NCBI GenBank assembly: GCA_013265495.1
Contig: MU058066.1
Coordinates: 1-46,509 of the forward strand
DNA: 46,509 nt
Direction of reading: 5' to 3'
From: Vicugna vicugna
Lineage: Eukaryota
Made by a program: the position numbers and the translations under genes. Numbering within the stretch: position 1 is the stretch's first letter; each line of letters opens with the position of its first letter. Positions 25,201-38,144 of this stretch are shown here, piece by piece. A model generated the notes under the pieces. It was not told the DNA's origin, did no database searches, and saw nothing but the letters and a program-made list of their open reading frames with translations.

Positions 25201-26830
25201 AGTGATATCTCAATCTTTTTGATTTGCATTTCTTTGATAATTAGCCATATTGAGCATTTGTTCATGTGCCTGTTGGCCATTTGAATGTCTTCACTGGAGA
25301 ATTTTTGTTTAGGTCTTCTGTCCATTTTTGATTGGGCTGTTTGATTTTTTGTTATTAAATTGTATGAGCTTTTTATATATTCTGGAAATTAAGCCTTTGC
25401 CAATCACATAATTTGCAAATATTTTGTCCCATTCTGTAGGTTGTCATTTTGTTTTGCTTATGCTTTCTTTTACTGTGCAAAAGCTTATAAGTTAATTTGG
25501 TCCCATTTGTTTATTTTTGCTTTTATTTTTATTGCCTGGGTAGGCTACGCTAGGAGAACATTGCTAAGATTATGTCAGAGGATGTTTTGCCTATGTTTTC
25601 TTCTAAGAGGTTTATAGTGTCTTGTCTTATATGTAAGTCTTTAAGCCATTTTGAGTTTATTTTTGTTTATGGTGTGAGGGAGTGTTCTAACTTCGTTGAT
25701 TTACATGCAGCTGTCCAGTTTTCCCAGCACTACTCGCTGAAGAGATTGTCCTTATTCCATTGTTTATCCTTGCCTCCTTTGTCAAAGATTAATTGACTGT
25801 GAGTCTGTGGGTTTATCTTGGGTCTCCAGTAGAGCTTTTTGTATGAATTGGCAAACTGATTCTGAAATTTATATGGAAAGACAAAAGAACTACAATAGCT
25901 AAAACAATTTTGAAAAAACTGCAGGATACACTCTACTTGATGTCAAGACATAGTATAAAGCATACTCTACAACATATAAGCAAGACAGTTTGGTATCAGT
26001 GAAAGGATAGCCATGTAGAGCAGTGGAATAGAATAGTGAGTCCAGGATTAGACCCTTGAAAATATGTCCAGTTGGTTTTCATCACAGATATACAAACAAC
26101 TCAGTGGGAAAACAGTTTTTTCAACAAATGATACAGGCACAACTGGATACCCATATGCTAAAAAAAGAACCTCAGCCTGTGTTAGTTCCATATGCAAACA
26201 CTTATTCAAAATGGAGCACAGGCATACATGTAGAGCCTACAACTACAACACTTTAATGAGAAAACATAGAAAATATTTGAACCAGCCAAATGTTCCTTTA
26301 ATACAATCCATAAAGCATGATGCTTTAAAGAAAAAAATTAATAAATTGGACATTCTAAACTCAAAACTTCAGTACTTCAAAAGACATTTGGGGGGGAAAA
26401 GCAAGAGACTAGGAGAAAATGTTGCAAAGTACTTATCTAATAGCTGGCTTATGTTTATGATCTACAAAGAACTTTCAAAACACAATAGCAAGAAAATAAG
26501 CCAATTTTCTTTAAATAAGCAAAAATTTTAGTTGACATATTTTACCAAACATGATAAGAAAATGGCAAAAAAGTACATGAAAATTTGGTCTATATTATTA
26601 GTAATTACAGGAATGTAATTTAAAACCACAATGAGATCCCACTAACCACCTATTAGAATGGCTGAAATTTAAAACAAAAATGAAGAATAATACTAAGTAG
26701 TGGTGAATCTATGGAGCAGTTGAAACTCTCATACATCGCTGGTAAGAATATAAAGGTGTACAACCACTTTGGAACAGTTTGTCAATTTCACAAAAAGTTG
26801 TATATATACTTTCTATATAACCTGGCAGTC
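22215..26830 (+). mobile_element. Old degenerate L1 ORF2 spanning the CCP3-CCP4 intron, with nested younger insertions
   Basis: Colinear L1 ORF2 landmarks (GAAATTGACAAATTCCTTGAAAGA, ATTACCCTGATACC, CTGTTCAATATTGTACTGGAGGTC, AAAACCACAATGAGAT). A separate L1 3'-end piece is nested at ~22830-23140. Confidence 0.85.
24384..25827 (-). mobile_element. Younger 5'-truncated L1 nested antisense in the old L1, with a 13-bp TSD
   Basis: AGTAGAGCTTTTT at 24371-24383 and 25828-25840. Minus ORF 24896..25213 [35 protein letters not shown] is the ORF2 C-terminal Cys-rich region. Confidence 0.93.
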
Positions 26831-27087
26831 TAAGCAGTCAGATATACATATAATTGAAGGTTCAGAAAGAGAGAAGAGAAGGCAATATAAAAAGTCATTT
26901 GAACAAATATGTACCAAAATATTTCAAATTTGATCCAAACAACAACCTTACCCAAACCAATCCAAGAAATGTAGTGACACACACTGTCAGGATAAATAAG
27001 AATTTTAAATTTACCAAGAAACTCCCAGCAAACTAAATACATCATGGCAAAAAAAAAAAAAAGCCTACTGAAAACAAAACAAAAACA

Positions 27088-27185
27088 GAAGGAAGGAAGA
27101 GAGGAAGGAAGGAAGGAAGGAAGGAAGGAAGGAAGGAAGGAAGGATAAAAGAAAGGAGAGAGGGAAGGAGGGAAGGAAGGAAGGA
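27088..27185. repeat. (GGAA)n-rich purine tract within an L1 ORF1-like relic (~26860-27520)
   Basis: Visible GGAA repeats. Confidence 0.9.
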
Positions 27186-28226
27186 AACAAGAGAGGGAGA
27201 AAGAAAAGGAGTCAGCGAGAGAGTAAAAGGTATTATATTGAGGACATACCTACCTAACCACACCTTACCCAGGCTGACTGCTCTTAAGGACCTGTGAAGA
27301 ATAGAAGACAGTAATTTCTGCTAATGTGCTGAAAGAAAAATAAAGCACTTCAGCTAGAATTCTCTGTCAAGGAGAAACCTTTCAAAACTGAAGAGGAAAT
27401 AAAAACAGTTTTAGATAAGCAAAAGCTGAAAAAATTCGTCATTAGCTGACCTGAACCCAAGGATTGATAAGGAAGTCCATGTACTTGATGGAAATTCAGA
27501 TCCACAGAAAAGGAGGAAGAACACGCTTCTGGTTTAAAAGGCTTTATGATATCTGGCCCTCATCTATTGCTCACATTTATTCTGATAAGACGTTCTCTGG
27601 AACTCACTGCCCAGCCCAGTGTTTTTTGGTTTTGGTTTCTTTCTTTTCCAACTTCTGCAAAAGTAATCCTCAAGTCAATCTAGAGGGCACGACCTGTGTT
27701 TTACTTCTGAAGAAGTAGAGTAGAGTGGGGAATACCAGAGTACACCAGCGTGAAGCCTAAGCATTTTGCATGGCTGGATTTTTCAACTTTTAAGTTTGAG
27801 TATTTAAAGTATTACCTTCTCCAAAAAGTCTTTGCTACCTTTCTAAAAGAGCAGGGAACTCTAACTAGTGTCACCATGATCTTTAAAAAAACAGTCCTAG
27901 AGCTAGAGTATCAAAAGTTGCATTTGAACTTACCTCCAATTTGTATCTGATAGTCAGATCTTTCTTAAAACTTGTCAGTAATGGAAAAAAAATTAGGAAA
28001 GACAATAAACTATAGTGGCAGTCTGCTCTAGGTGAAAAAACATTAGATTTCTGTAAATCTTTTTGCCTAGAATTCAAATGCATAAATAAAGTCTTTTTTT
28101 TTTTTTCAATTAGCATCTTGCCTTTCATTCCTTGCCTCTTTCTTCCCACGGGAAATTACTGCTTGGCACTAGTTTTTCTATGTGAAATTACCTTTCTTTT
28201 AATTCTGAAATTTCTCCACTTTTCAG

Positions 28227-28409
28227 TGGTCAAATGTAAACCTCCAGTACTTGAACATGGAAAAGCAATATCAGAAATTAGAGAAGTTTTTACCTACAAA
28301 GACGTGGTGATACTTGAATGCCTCCAGGGTTTTTACCTTAATGGCAGCCATGCAGTCTTCTGTGGTGGTGAAAATACTTGGGAACCTGAGATGCCGAAGT
28401 GTATTAAAG
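28227..28409 (+). CDS. CD46: CD46-like CCP4 exon: VKCKPPVLEHGKAISEIREVFTYKDVVILECLQGFYLNGSHAVFCGGENTWEPEMPKCIK
   Basis: TTTTCAG acceptor, G|GTACAA donor, 183 nt, intact sushi domain (within ORF 28118..28459). Confidence 0.97.
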
Positions 28410-28816
28410 GTACAACTGTTTGTCTTTTTTTTTTCCTGTCTTTTAACTTTCTCTTTTAGTTCTTATTTTGTTCACATTGATAAGAATAAGTGAAAAGAAG
28501 CAACCTTAGTACTTAACTCGGACATGTATCCACTTCCATGGCAGATACATGACAAAATTTACATACAATTCTGCTGCTGTGGTTTCGCATGCTGTTAGAG
28601 AGTCAGCACATTGCTTGTTAGCACATTACACAGGTGTATTAATACCTCTTGTTCAGTATTTTAATGTATAAAAAGAGATAGGAATCACTTTTCAGAATAA
28701 ATTGAAGCATGGGCATTTTTACCTTGAAATAGGTCAAAAATGAGAGGCATAATTCATATAAATGAGAGGAAAGCAATAATCCCAAGTGGTTGATCCTACA
28801 TTATTTTGTTTTTCAG

Positions 28817-28861
28817 TGCTGATTCTTCTCAATACAACACTTCTAGTTTCATGCCATTCAG
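28817..28861 (+). pseudogene. Degenerate STP-A-like exon with a dead donor (VLILLNTTLLVSCHS)
   Basis: Good acceptor TTTTTCAG, 45-nt length, TGCTG...CATTCAG ends like CD46 STP-A, but followed by ATATAG rather than GT. Confidence 0.7.
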
Positions 28862-29019
28862 ATATAGTAATTTCCTGTTTATAGTTTACAAAAAAATCTT
28901 TTAAATTCATGTGATTTACAGTCATCATTTTTAGTAACAAAAAGATAAAGAATATACTTACAGTCATTTTAGTTGTGATACTTAGTAATTCTCAAAGCAT
29001 TTGCCATAGTCCGCAGATA

Positions 29020-29190
29020 TCAACTGTGTGTAAACTTGGGCAAGTTATGTAAACCTTAAATGTGTTTACTTACATGTAGGATGATCTAATACCTTTCTCA
29101 CTGGGTAATAGCAAAGTTGGAATGGAGGGCATTTGAAACACTTAGCAAAGTACCTAGCATCTAGAAAGCTCTTAAAGGTAGCTCCCATGA
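29020..29190 (+). mobile_element. MIR SINE relic
   Basis: CTGTGTGTAAACTTGGGCAAGTTA...AACACTTAGCAAAGTACCTAGCATCTAG. Confidence 0.6.
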
Positions 29191-30632
29191 CTTAACAGCA
29201 TCCCCTTTACAGAGTATCTTGCAGGTCCAGGACTATGGTTCATTTTCCAGACTGCAATCAGTTGGCTTCATTTTACAAACTGGGAAATTTCTGTTGTCAC
29301 CTGATTAAAACCAGTATTTCTACCACACACACCATTCTGCACCGCATAGAGTTATTATTTTTCTCTCTCCTGGGCATTCTTATTTGGCAACAGAGGGTAA
29401 ATCTCATAGCCACTGAATGGCAGGAAAAGTCTTTATTTATTGAAATGAACTGGGTGATTTCTGGACGGGACTATTGATCAGCTGCTCTGCTTAAGTCTTG
29501 AGAGACTATTTGAATGTGATGGAAGGAATTATCTTCCTGATTTTAGGGATTGCACCTCTGGCTTCTCTTTACAGCAGCAGCAGAAGCACGAGACAAGAGC
29601 AAGAATGGGTAGAGCACGAGCCTGGGCAGAGGGTACTCAGGGTGCTGGGGGGGCTCTGCTCACTCAAGTAACATCACTGCTGTGAGTGTACTTCCCTGTT
29701 TAATGAAGGTGTGGAACTCACAGCTCCATGACTGGCTTTTGATGTGTTTGTCTTTTTCCTGTTGTCCTAATATTTTCAAGGATTGAGGGGAATTATTCAT
29801 ATTAACATGGTAATTAGAGCTCCTTTTTAGAACAGCTGTAAAGCTGGTACCCCGTATCGCCCTAGAGTACCGGGGTGAGGTGAGGGCTGTGAAGATTTGG
29901 GGGGAAAGAGATGATTTTTATTGGACCATATATAAAGAAGTTATACTCATTGACCCATCCCTGTTAGTCACAGGGTCCTAGTGAGAATATGCACTACAAT
30001 ATACTATGTTTGTTGATATGCTGTTTTGAAAAAGTGGACCATAAACACTTCTTAAGGACTTAGAAAACATTGATACAATTTAGTGTTTGAAGAAGAGAGA
30101 AATTGTTTGTGAGAAAAAAACTTATGAAAAGAAGAAAATACAGGGATTTAAAAAAAATCAAAATCAACTCTCCTTATGAGATTGCTAATCATTTTTTTAT
30201 CATCAGTTTGAGACAGACTATACCAAAAGCATCAGTAGCACCATAAATGATGTTAGGTCAGGTTTAAATGTGCTAATACGAAAAAATGTCTAAGAAATAC
30301 TATGCCAAAAGACAAACACAGAAAAAGATACAAATTATGGAATGTAATAGTGCCTGACCCTTTTAAAGAATACTGAGTTTTATGATTTATAGTTGACTAC
30401 AGGGATTTCCATTATAAAATACAAAGTTGTGTTGTACATTTTATGCATACATCCTCACCTACATGTGCAAATATACACTTAGACTAAATTCCCAGGAGTA
30501 GACTTGCAAAGTTCTGAGTGTATTGTATTTTTTATTTGAGAAATAATTAACCTTTTTCTAAAATTAAAAAAAAATAGATACATAATTTTGTGTTGATAAG
30601 ACTGATGCATTGAGCCAAATTTAATTTTGCAG

Positions 30633-30680
30633 GTTACAAGCCTACCTATCCAAAGAAGCCTCCAGTTTCAAACTATCCAG
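30633..30680 (+). CDS. CD46: CD46-like STP-C exon: GYKPTYPKKPPVSNYP
   Basis: TTTTGCAG acceptor, G|GTTCAG donor, 48 nt. KPPVSNYP matches CD46 STP-C. Confidence 0.95.
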
Positions 30681-31229
30681 GTTCAGTAACTCTTTATCCT
30701 TCGTATATTGTTAAGAACTTTATAAGGTGATGAGTACAAAATCATGTCTTGCTTAATTTGCATTTCTTTAATTATCAGTGAGATTGAACTTTTTCTTATC
30801 TACATTTATTTATTATATTCTTTCTTACTTTTTCTATTAGGTTTCTTAAATATTTTTCTTGTTGATTTGAACTTATAAATTAAAGCCCTTTTAAGATGAA
30901 GTGAACTTTTTTCCTACGTTTATATTTTAGCCTTATTTTCACTAGTCGGTTTTTTTTTATGATTTTTATACTGTACTATTAGATGTAGGTTGCTTTTTAT
31001 AAATTTTTGTTATATGAGTGGTACACAAATATAATTTTGTAAATTTTCAAACATTGCAGAAGTATGCAGAGTGAAATTAGATCCCCTGATCTTTCTCTAG
31101 CCTATTACCTGAGTTAATCACTGTTAATAGTTTAGAGTGTCTCTATGTATTTCTGTAGATCAAAATCCTTATATGTGTAATTATACATTTAGTTTGGTGG
31201 TTTTTTCCTCTCTTTTTCTTATACAGAAA

Positions 31230-31510
31230 TGTTTTTAAGTGCCAGCACCATTTTCATTCCAACCAGTAATACACAAAGTTTCCAATTTCTCAACTTCTTT
31301 GCTAACATATATTGATTTCTGGGTTTTGATAATAATGATTATAATTTATGTTAGTTAATTGACTTGAAGCAATATCTCATTGTGGCTTTTATTTGCATTT
31401 CCCTAAGTTAGTGATGTTGAGCATCGTTTCATGTGAAGATATACAAATTGCCAAGAAGCCATTTCTCTTTGGAGAAATGTTTATTCAATCCCTTGCCTGT
31501 TTGTGAAATG

Positions 31511-31544
<34 letters not shown>

Positions 31545-32590
31545 ATTGAGTTTTAGAAGTTTGTTACATATTTTGGATATTAATCCCTTATAAGGTAGTT
31601 GTAAAACTTCACTGTTTTGCATGTGGATATCCAGTTTTCCAAAAATTGTTTGTTGAAAAGACTGCCCTTCCCACTGAGTGTTCTTTGTACCCTTGTGAGC
31701 GATCATTTGTCCATATAAGTGAGGGTTTATTTATGGATTCTAATTTAGAGCATTGGTCCGTGTGTATGTCTTTCTGCTAGTAGCATTCTGCTTGATTATT
31801 GTAGCTTTTTAGTAAGTTTTGAAATCAGGAAATGTAAGTCCTCTCAACTCTGCTCTTCTTTTTCAAGATTTTCTTGGCTATTGCTAGCCCCTTGAGATTC
31901 CATATGAAGTAAATTGGATTTTTCTATGTAAAATGTATTTTCAAGATGGTGATAAGAAGTATAATCAATCTGTAAATTACTTTGTGTCATATTAACATCT
32001 TAACAATATTAAATCTTCCAATCTATGAACACAGGATGTCTTTCCATTTATGTCTTCTTCCCTTTTTTTCAATGTTTTTATAATTTTTGTGGACAAGTTT
32101 TTCAACCTTCTTGGTTCAATGTATTTCTGAGAATTTTTTGATGCTATGAAATGAAATTGTTTGCTTAATTCCCCGTTTGGATTGTTCATTATTAGTGTAT
32201 AGAAAGATAACTTATTTTTGTGTGTTGATTTTGTATCCGTTAACTTTGCTGAATTTATATATTAGTTCTAATAGTTGTGTGGGAGTGTTTCTGTGCATGT
32301 GTGTGTGATCTTTTTAGAGATTTTTATGTAAAAGATCATGTCATCTATAAACAGACATTATTTTATTACTTCTTTCCCATTTGGATATTTTTTATTTTTA
32401 TTTCTTAGCAAATTATTCTGACCCAAACTTCCAATATTATGTTGAATAGAAGTGGAGTGGCAGAATTATGCAGCCTGTCTTATTCCTGACATTAAGTGAA
32501 AAAAATTTTAATATTTCAACATTGAGTTTGACATTAGCCATGAGTTTTTCTATCCATGGCCTGTGTGTTGAGGAGTCTTTCTATTCCAGA
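31230..32590 (-). mobile_element. Degenerate L1 ORF2 fragments including (GTT)n at ~31513-31546
   Basis: GCATGTGGATATCCAGTTTTCC, TTTGAAATCAGGAA, CTTCCAATCTATGAACACAGGATG. Confidence 0.8.
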
Positions 32591-32908
32591 GTAATCTCTA
32601 AATCATTTTTAAGTACTCCTCTTTTAATTTTAAGTAGAATCACATTGAATTCCAGGCTAATTTTGAATATACACTGATGATTAGTTTGTTTGCCGTACCA
32701 CAGAATTAGTGACAAGGAACATCAGTGGACAGGAGGAAGAATGGCATTGAATATAAATTTATAATGTTTGACGATGCAGCTTTTAATGAGAGCCATTAAT
32801 ATAATGTATAAGGAATATTAAATTATAATTATAAATTATAATTGTGAATGTGTAGATCTTCAAGACTTATTTAGTCTTTTTTTTTAACCTAGTTCCATTT
32901 TTTTCTAG

Positions 32909-32959
32909 GATATCCCAATCCCAAAGAATTACTGTCACTTGAAGACTTTGAGGAATTAG
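32909..32959 (+). CDS. CD46: CD46-like juxtamembrane (U) exon: GYPNPKELLSLEDFEEL
   Basis: TTTTCTAG acceptor, G|GTATTA donor, 51 nt, GYP.P.E start typical of CD46. Confidence 0.92.
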   Translation, partial: DIPIPKNYCHLKTLRN

Positions 32960-33470
32960 GTATTATTTTAATTATTAACAACCCCACATTATGAGACCTT
33001 AGAGTTAGTTCTACATGGAAATATCATGTTCTAATCATTTGTAGGTAGGGAAGAAACAATGTGTCACAATTAGTAATAATTGACATTTATAGTTATTTTA
33101 GTAGTGCAGACACCATGACAAATGTAAGTGGCAATTTGCATAGATGCACATAGGCCATTTTCTTTAATCTAGTGAATTCTAACTGTCTTAGTAACCTGTA
33201 CTAACTACCCTGACATGGTGGCTAGAGCACAAAACAGTGAAAAATGAGGTTCCTGTTAAGAGTTTCACAGGGTGGATCCTAACCCTGAAAACTGTTTACA
33301 AGGGTTCTGTGATCAAAATGACTTGGTTGCACTAGCAGTCATGCCAAAATTATATTGCCAAACCTTTTTTTTGCTGTAGTGTTTAGATGATCTGATCAAA
33401 ATCAAAGCATAGTTGCTCTTTAGGACCCATACATGCTCAATGTCTTCAACACTGTTCATTTTTTTCTCAG

Positions 33471-33506
33471 ATGTAGGAAGCTTTGCTGTGTATATCCTAA
33501 CAGTAA
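33471..33506 (+). CDS. CD46: CD46-like TM1 exon: DVGSFAVYILTV
   Basis: TTTTTCTCAG acceptor, 36 nt, A|GTAAGT donor at 33507. A second GTAAGT starts at 33503. Confidence 0.9.
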
Positions 33507-34001
33507 GTAAGTATCCCAAATTTTTATATCATTTAAATCATAATGTAGTATAAAGAAATGCATTATTTTCTCAATGATTTTTCATTTGCTATAGTTTTAA
33601 TAGCTTGAAATTAAGTAAAAACAGTCTAGAAAAACCCGACCTTTTATGATACAGCACCACCGTGCTGGTGACGGTACATGCTTTTTTATTCTGTATATCC
33701 ACTTGGTAATAAGCAGTAAAAAATAAATTTTTTTTCAAGATGAGTAGTCATGCGAGTCTGTTTCTTGAATATGCTTTTGATTATTTCCTAAATTAAACAA
33801 GGAGTTGGACCTACTCTGAACTGTTTTAGTGACTTCCAGGGAACTGGATTTAGATACTGAAGGGTCAAGATGGAATATCAATGTTTAAATAAAATAACAT
33901 TTTCTGACCATGGAAATGTAGCTAACATTTATTTCTGCTGCTAGGTTTGGAATCTTGGTAATTAGTTAGTGACATGTCACTTGTTTCCTGTTTTCTTTCA
34001 G

Positions 34002-34239
34002 TTGTTGCCATTTTACTAGTTTTGGTCTGCATGTACAGAAGTCTTCGAGGAAGGAAGCAGCAGGAGAAGGAGAAGAAAGAAGAGGAGGAAAAAGAGAAGA
34101 AAGAGAAGGAAGAGAAGGAGAAGAAAGAGAAGGAGGAGAAGGAAAAGAAAGAGAAGGAGGAGAAGGAAAAGAAAGAGAAGGAGGAGAAGGAGAAGAAAGA
34201 GAAGGAGGAGAAGGAGAAGAAAGAGAAAGAGCAGAAACG
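34002..34239 (+). CDS. CD46: CD46-like TM2/anchor exon expanded by an E/K repeat: IVAILLVLVCMYRSLRGRKQQ-EKEKKEEE-(EKEKKEKE)6-QKR
   Basis: TTTCTTTCAG acceptor, CG|GTAAAC phase-2 donor, 238 nt, open frame (ORF 33974..34243). Confidence 0.92.
34064..34231 (+). repeat. Coding 24-nt x7 all-purine minisatellite (GAGAAGGAGAAGAAAGAGAAGGAG consensus)
   Basis: Seven 8-codon units with mostly synonymous GAA/GAG and AAA/AAG variation. Confidence 0.95.
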
Positions 34240-34999
34240 GTAAACTACAGTGCATTTTCTCTTAGTCTAACCTTTTTACTCTTGACATACTTTTGCGCAG
34301 TTATTATTTGTAGTCCATGTTGCATGCTGTGTGGGTTTTTTTTTATGTTCCTGCATGAGGGTGCTGTCTGAATTGCATTTCATTACTGAAAATATTTTTA
34401 GCTACTTTTCATGTCATTGAACAGGATAAATTTATGCAGAGTTTCTTCAACTATTACAACTGCAAGAAACATTTCAGTGGCATTTGATGTTTAAGTTCTG
34501 CAGTAAACCATGGACTATTATGAGGCCTTCACTACTCTAAGTGTACCCTACTTCCTAGATTGGGCTAGTAGCCAAGATTAAAGTTTAAGTGGTTCATGGT
34601 AGAAACTTTAACATTTGTATTCACTTGCATTTTATGATGAAAATCTCCATTTGTCTGCACAGCTTAGGTAGTAAGTAAGAAGCTATGTAGCCACAATTCG
34701 GTTTCATTTCATTTAGAGTTGTTATCTATATAAGTTAAGCTGTGGAATTAAAAGCAGCATTATTTGATTTCCCTTTTATGTTCTCTTAATTTACTAAGCG
34801 GCAGTAAAACTGATGGGGCTAAAGTTACTGAAAGGGTAATATTTACAAGACATCTCTTTAATTATATCCTTCTCTTTATCTGTAAAAATGAAAAAAAGTC
34901 AGGGGGCTAAGAATAGAAAAAAAGAAGAAAAATTCATATCTACTAAGGAAAACCGAGATGTTAAACATAAAACTTAAATTTTAATGAAATAATTTACAA

Positions 35000-35664
35000 T
35001 TTAATGAAAGACTTAAATCAAAGGCAATAAACATAATGAACATAGACACAAAAGTCCCCCAAAAATGTCATTAATTAAGGAAATTGAGAAAGATACAAAT
35101 AAATAGAAAGATATTTCAGGTTCATGGATTGGAAGAATTCACATTGTTAAAATGCCCATACTACGCAAAGTAATCTACAGATTCAACGCAACCCCCATCA
35201 AAATTCCAATGGCATTTTTCACAGAAACAGAACAAGCAATTTTAAAAAATCTGTATAGAAGCACAAAAGACCCTAAATAGCCAAAGCACCCTTAAACTGT
35301 AAACATCATGCTCGCTGGTGTCAAACTATATTATAATGCTCAAGTAATCAGAACCATATGATATTGACATAAAAGCACACACATAGATCAATGGAACAGA
35401 ATACGGAGCCCAGAAATAAACCTACATGTATAAAGTCAGTTAATTTATGACAAAGGAGGCAAGAATATATGAAGAAAGAACAGTCTCTTCAACAAATGGT
35501 GTTTGGAACTGGACAGCTACATGCAAAAGAATGAAAATGGACCACCATCTTACACTATATACAAAATTGACTCAAAATCTGTTGAAGACTTGAGAGTAAG
35601 ACCTGAAATCATAAAACTCCTAGAAGAAAACATAAGCAGAAACTCATTGATATCCATCTTGGCA

Positions 35665-35721
<57 letters not shown>

Positions 35722-36710
35722 TTTGGATTTGGCACCAAAAGCAAAGGCAAGAAAATCAAAAAGAAACAAGTAGCACTACGTCAAACTAAAAAAGCTTCCT
35801 CATAGCGAAGTAAACCATCAACAAAATAAAAGGGCAATCTACTGAATGGAAGAAAATAATGGCAAACTATGTATTTGATAAAAGGTGAATATTCCAAAAT
35901 ATGTGACCACTCATACAACTCAATGGTAGAATATCAAACAATTTAATTAACAATGGGCAGAGGATTTAAATGGACATTTTCCGGAGAAGACATACAGATA
36001 TCTAACAGGTACATGAAAAGATGTTCAACATTACTAATCATCAGGGAAGTGTGATTCAAAACCTCAATATGATATCACCCCGCAGTATTAAGTTTCCTCA
36101 AAATACCAAAACTAGAACAATCATGCAATCCAGCAGTTCCACTTCTGGGTATTTATCCAAAGGAAATGAAAACACTAACTTGAAAAGATATCTTCACTCC
36201 CATTTTCATTGCATCATTATTTATAATAGCCTAGGTATGGAGACAACGCAAGTGTCCATAGTGTGGAGAGAAGGGGACCCTCCCACACAGCTGGTGGGAA
36301 TGTAGTTTGGTGCAGCCATTATGGAAGAGTATGGAAATTCCCCCAAAAACTAAAAATAGACTTACCATATGATCTTACAATCCCACTTCTGGGAATATAT
36401 ATCTGGAGGGAACTCTAATTTGAAATGATACATGCAACCCAATATTCATAGTAGCAGTATATACAATAGTCTAGACATGGAAGCAACCTAAATGTCCATC
36501 GACAGAGGATTGGATAAAGAAGTTGTGTATATTTATACAATGGAATACTACTCAACCATAAAAAAGAATAAGAACTTTGAATATAAACTCTTAGCAACTA
36601 TCAAACATGAAATACAGTATTAATAACTATACTCACTCTTCTGTACATTACATCCTCATGACTCATTTTATAATTTGAAGTTTGTAGCTTTTGAATCCTT
36701 TCACTCCACA
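35000..36710 (+). mobile_element. Composite L1 ORF2 3' fragments with (ATT)n at ~35665-35720 and a short antisense L1 3' piece at ~36575-36710
   Basis: TCATGGATTGGAAGAATT, ATCTACAGATTCAACGCAACCCCCATCAAAATTCCAATGGCATTTTTCACAGAA, TGGAATACTACTCAACCATAAAAAAGAAT. Confidence 0.85.
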
Positions 36711-38144
36711 TGGGCAATTTCTTTTTAAAAGCAAAGTGATGTCTTTGATCACAGTGGCAAAGGGGAAGACAAAATATACCAACTACAATGACAGTCTGGG
36801 CCTATCCAGCCCTGTGTGCCTGCGAGGATAAAGCCAACTAGGAAAGTAATTTTCAGACAGACATGAACTTCAAAGTATATGTAAACATTTGAAGATAACT
36901 TAATGCTGAAAGTAATAACATAACTGTAATTAGTCATTCACACACACATTTTAATCATCTTGAAATAGCATTTTTGTTATATCAAATGAATGTTTCATTC
37001 AGTTTATAGTAATGCTTATTTATCTTTGTCAAATACTGGATTTCAATTTAAAATTCTACCTAAAAAAAAGGATTTTACTGCAACAGAAGAAAAAATGCAT
37101 TGACTTCAAAAAACAGAAGAATATAGTGGTTTTGGAGGATGAAGGAGGAGTCGCCCACCACCGTAGTCCTTAGGAAATGGCTCTATTACAAGTACGGTGC
37201 TGTGACAGCGGTGGTTCAGTGATGCCTTGCCCACCAGGAGAAATAGTAGAATCTCCAAAATTAACACAGTTAGCTGTTATGTGGGGTTGGTATCTCGAAG
37301 TGTTTGCTGGGGTGGGCACACTCTGAGTAACTGACTGGTCCACATTTGGTTGTGGTCTGTCTACCATGTTTCCTGAGGAGGGACTGGGACTGCGTTTTCC
37401 AGCTCCAGACTCTGTAGCCCTGAGTGGCTGCTGTGACGTCAAATGTGGCTTATCCTATGTAAGATGAGCAAAGTACACACCAGATTCAAAGACTTAGTGC
37501 ACTGCAATAAGTGAAATATATTAAAACTAATCCTGCTTCTTTTCCTTCTTTTAATGTGGTTTCTAGAAAATTCAAAATTACCTATGTGACATACTATATT
37601 TCTTTGAATAACATTGACTTGAATAATAGGTATAAGAAAGATGTCTGCTGCTACAACAAAAGTGTGATGTGGATTTTACTTATTTAGGAGTCTCTGTTAC
37701 CACAACATATCATTTCCTTGACAGTGAGGGGTAAATAAGGCATTATTAAACTTGAACACTCCTGGAATTATTGTCTATTTAAAGGTTTTATCTCAGAGCC
37801 AGATTTAAAACTCCATTATTAGGGAAAATGCATGTTTCTCTTTAATCTTTCCCACTGACCCCAAACTAAAATAACAGAATATTTACTAAGTATGTGTGAC
37901 TGCTCTCTTTTTCATTTTGGGGGACATCAAAAATATAATACAGGGATAGAAAAAGGGTTTCTGGAGTGAGACTCGTTGAACATTTGAAATTACTTGAAAA
38001 GAATCATTTCTTTTCTAGTGATGTGACTCTTACTACTATAAATACAGTTTTAATTGTCCATTTTCTAAGTAAGCTTCTGGAATTTAATTTCTGTGCTTCT
38101 GTTTACCTCTGATGCTATCTTTTTTGTTTTGTCTTGTCTTACAG

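Noticed and set aside
34016..34255. Leu/Phe-rich minus-strand ORF resembling a membrane protein
   Set aside because: Simply the antisense reading of the purine E/K repeat.
35503..35805. Poly-Ile ORFs on both strands
   Set aside because: (ATT)n microsatellite inside an L1 relic.
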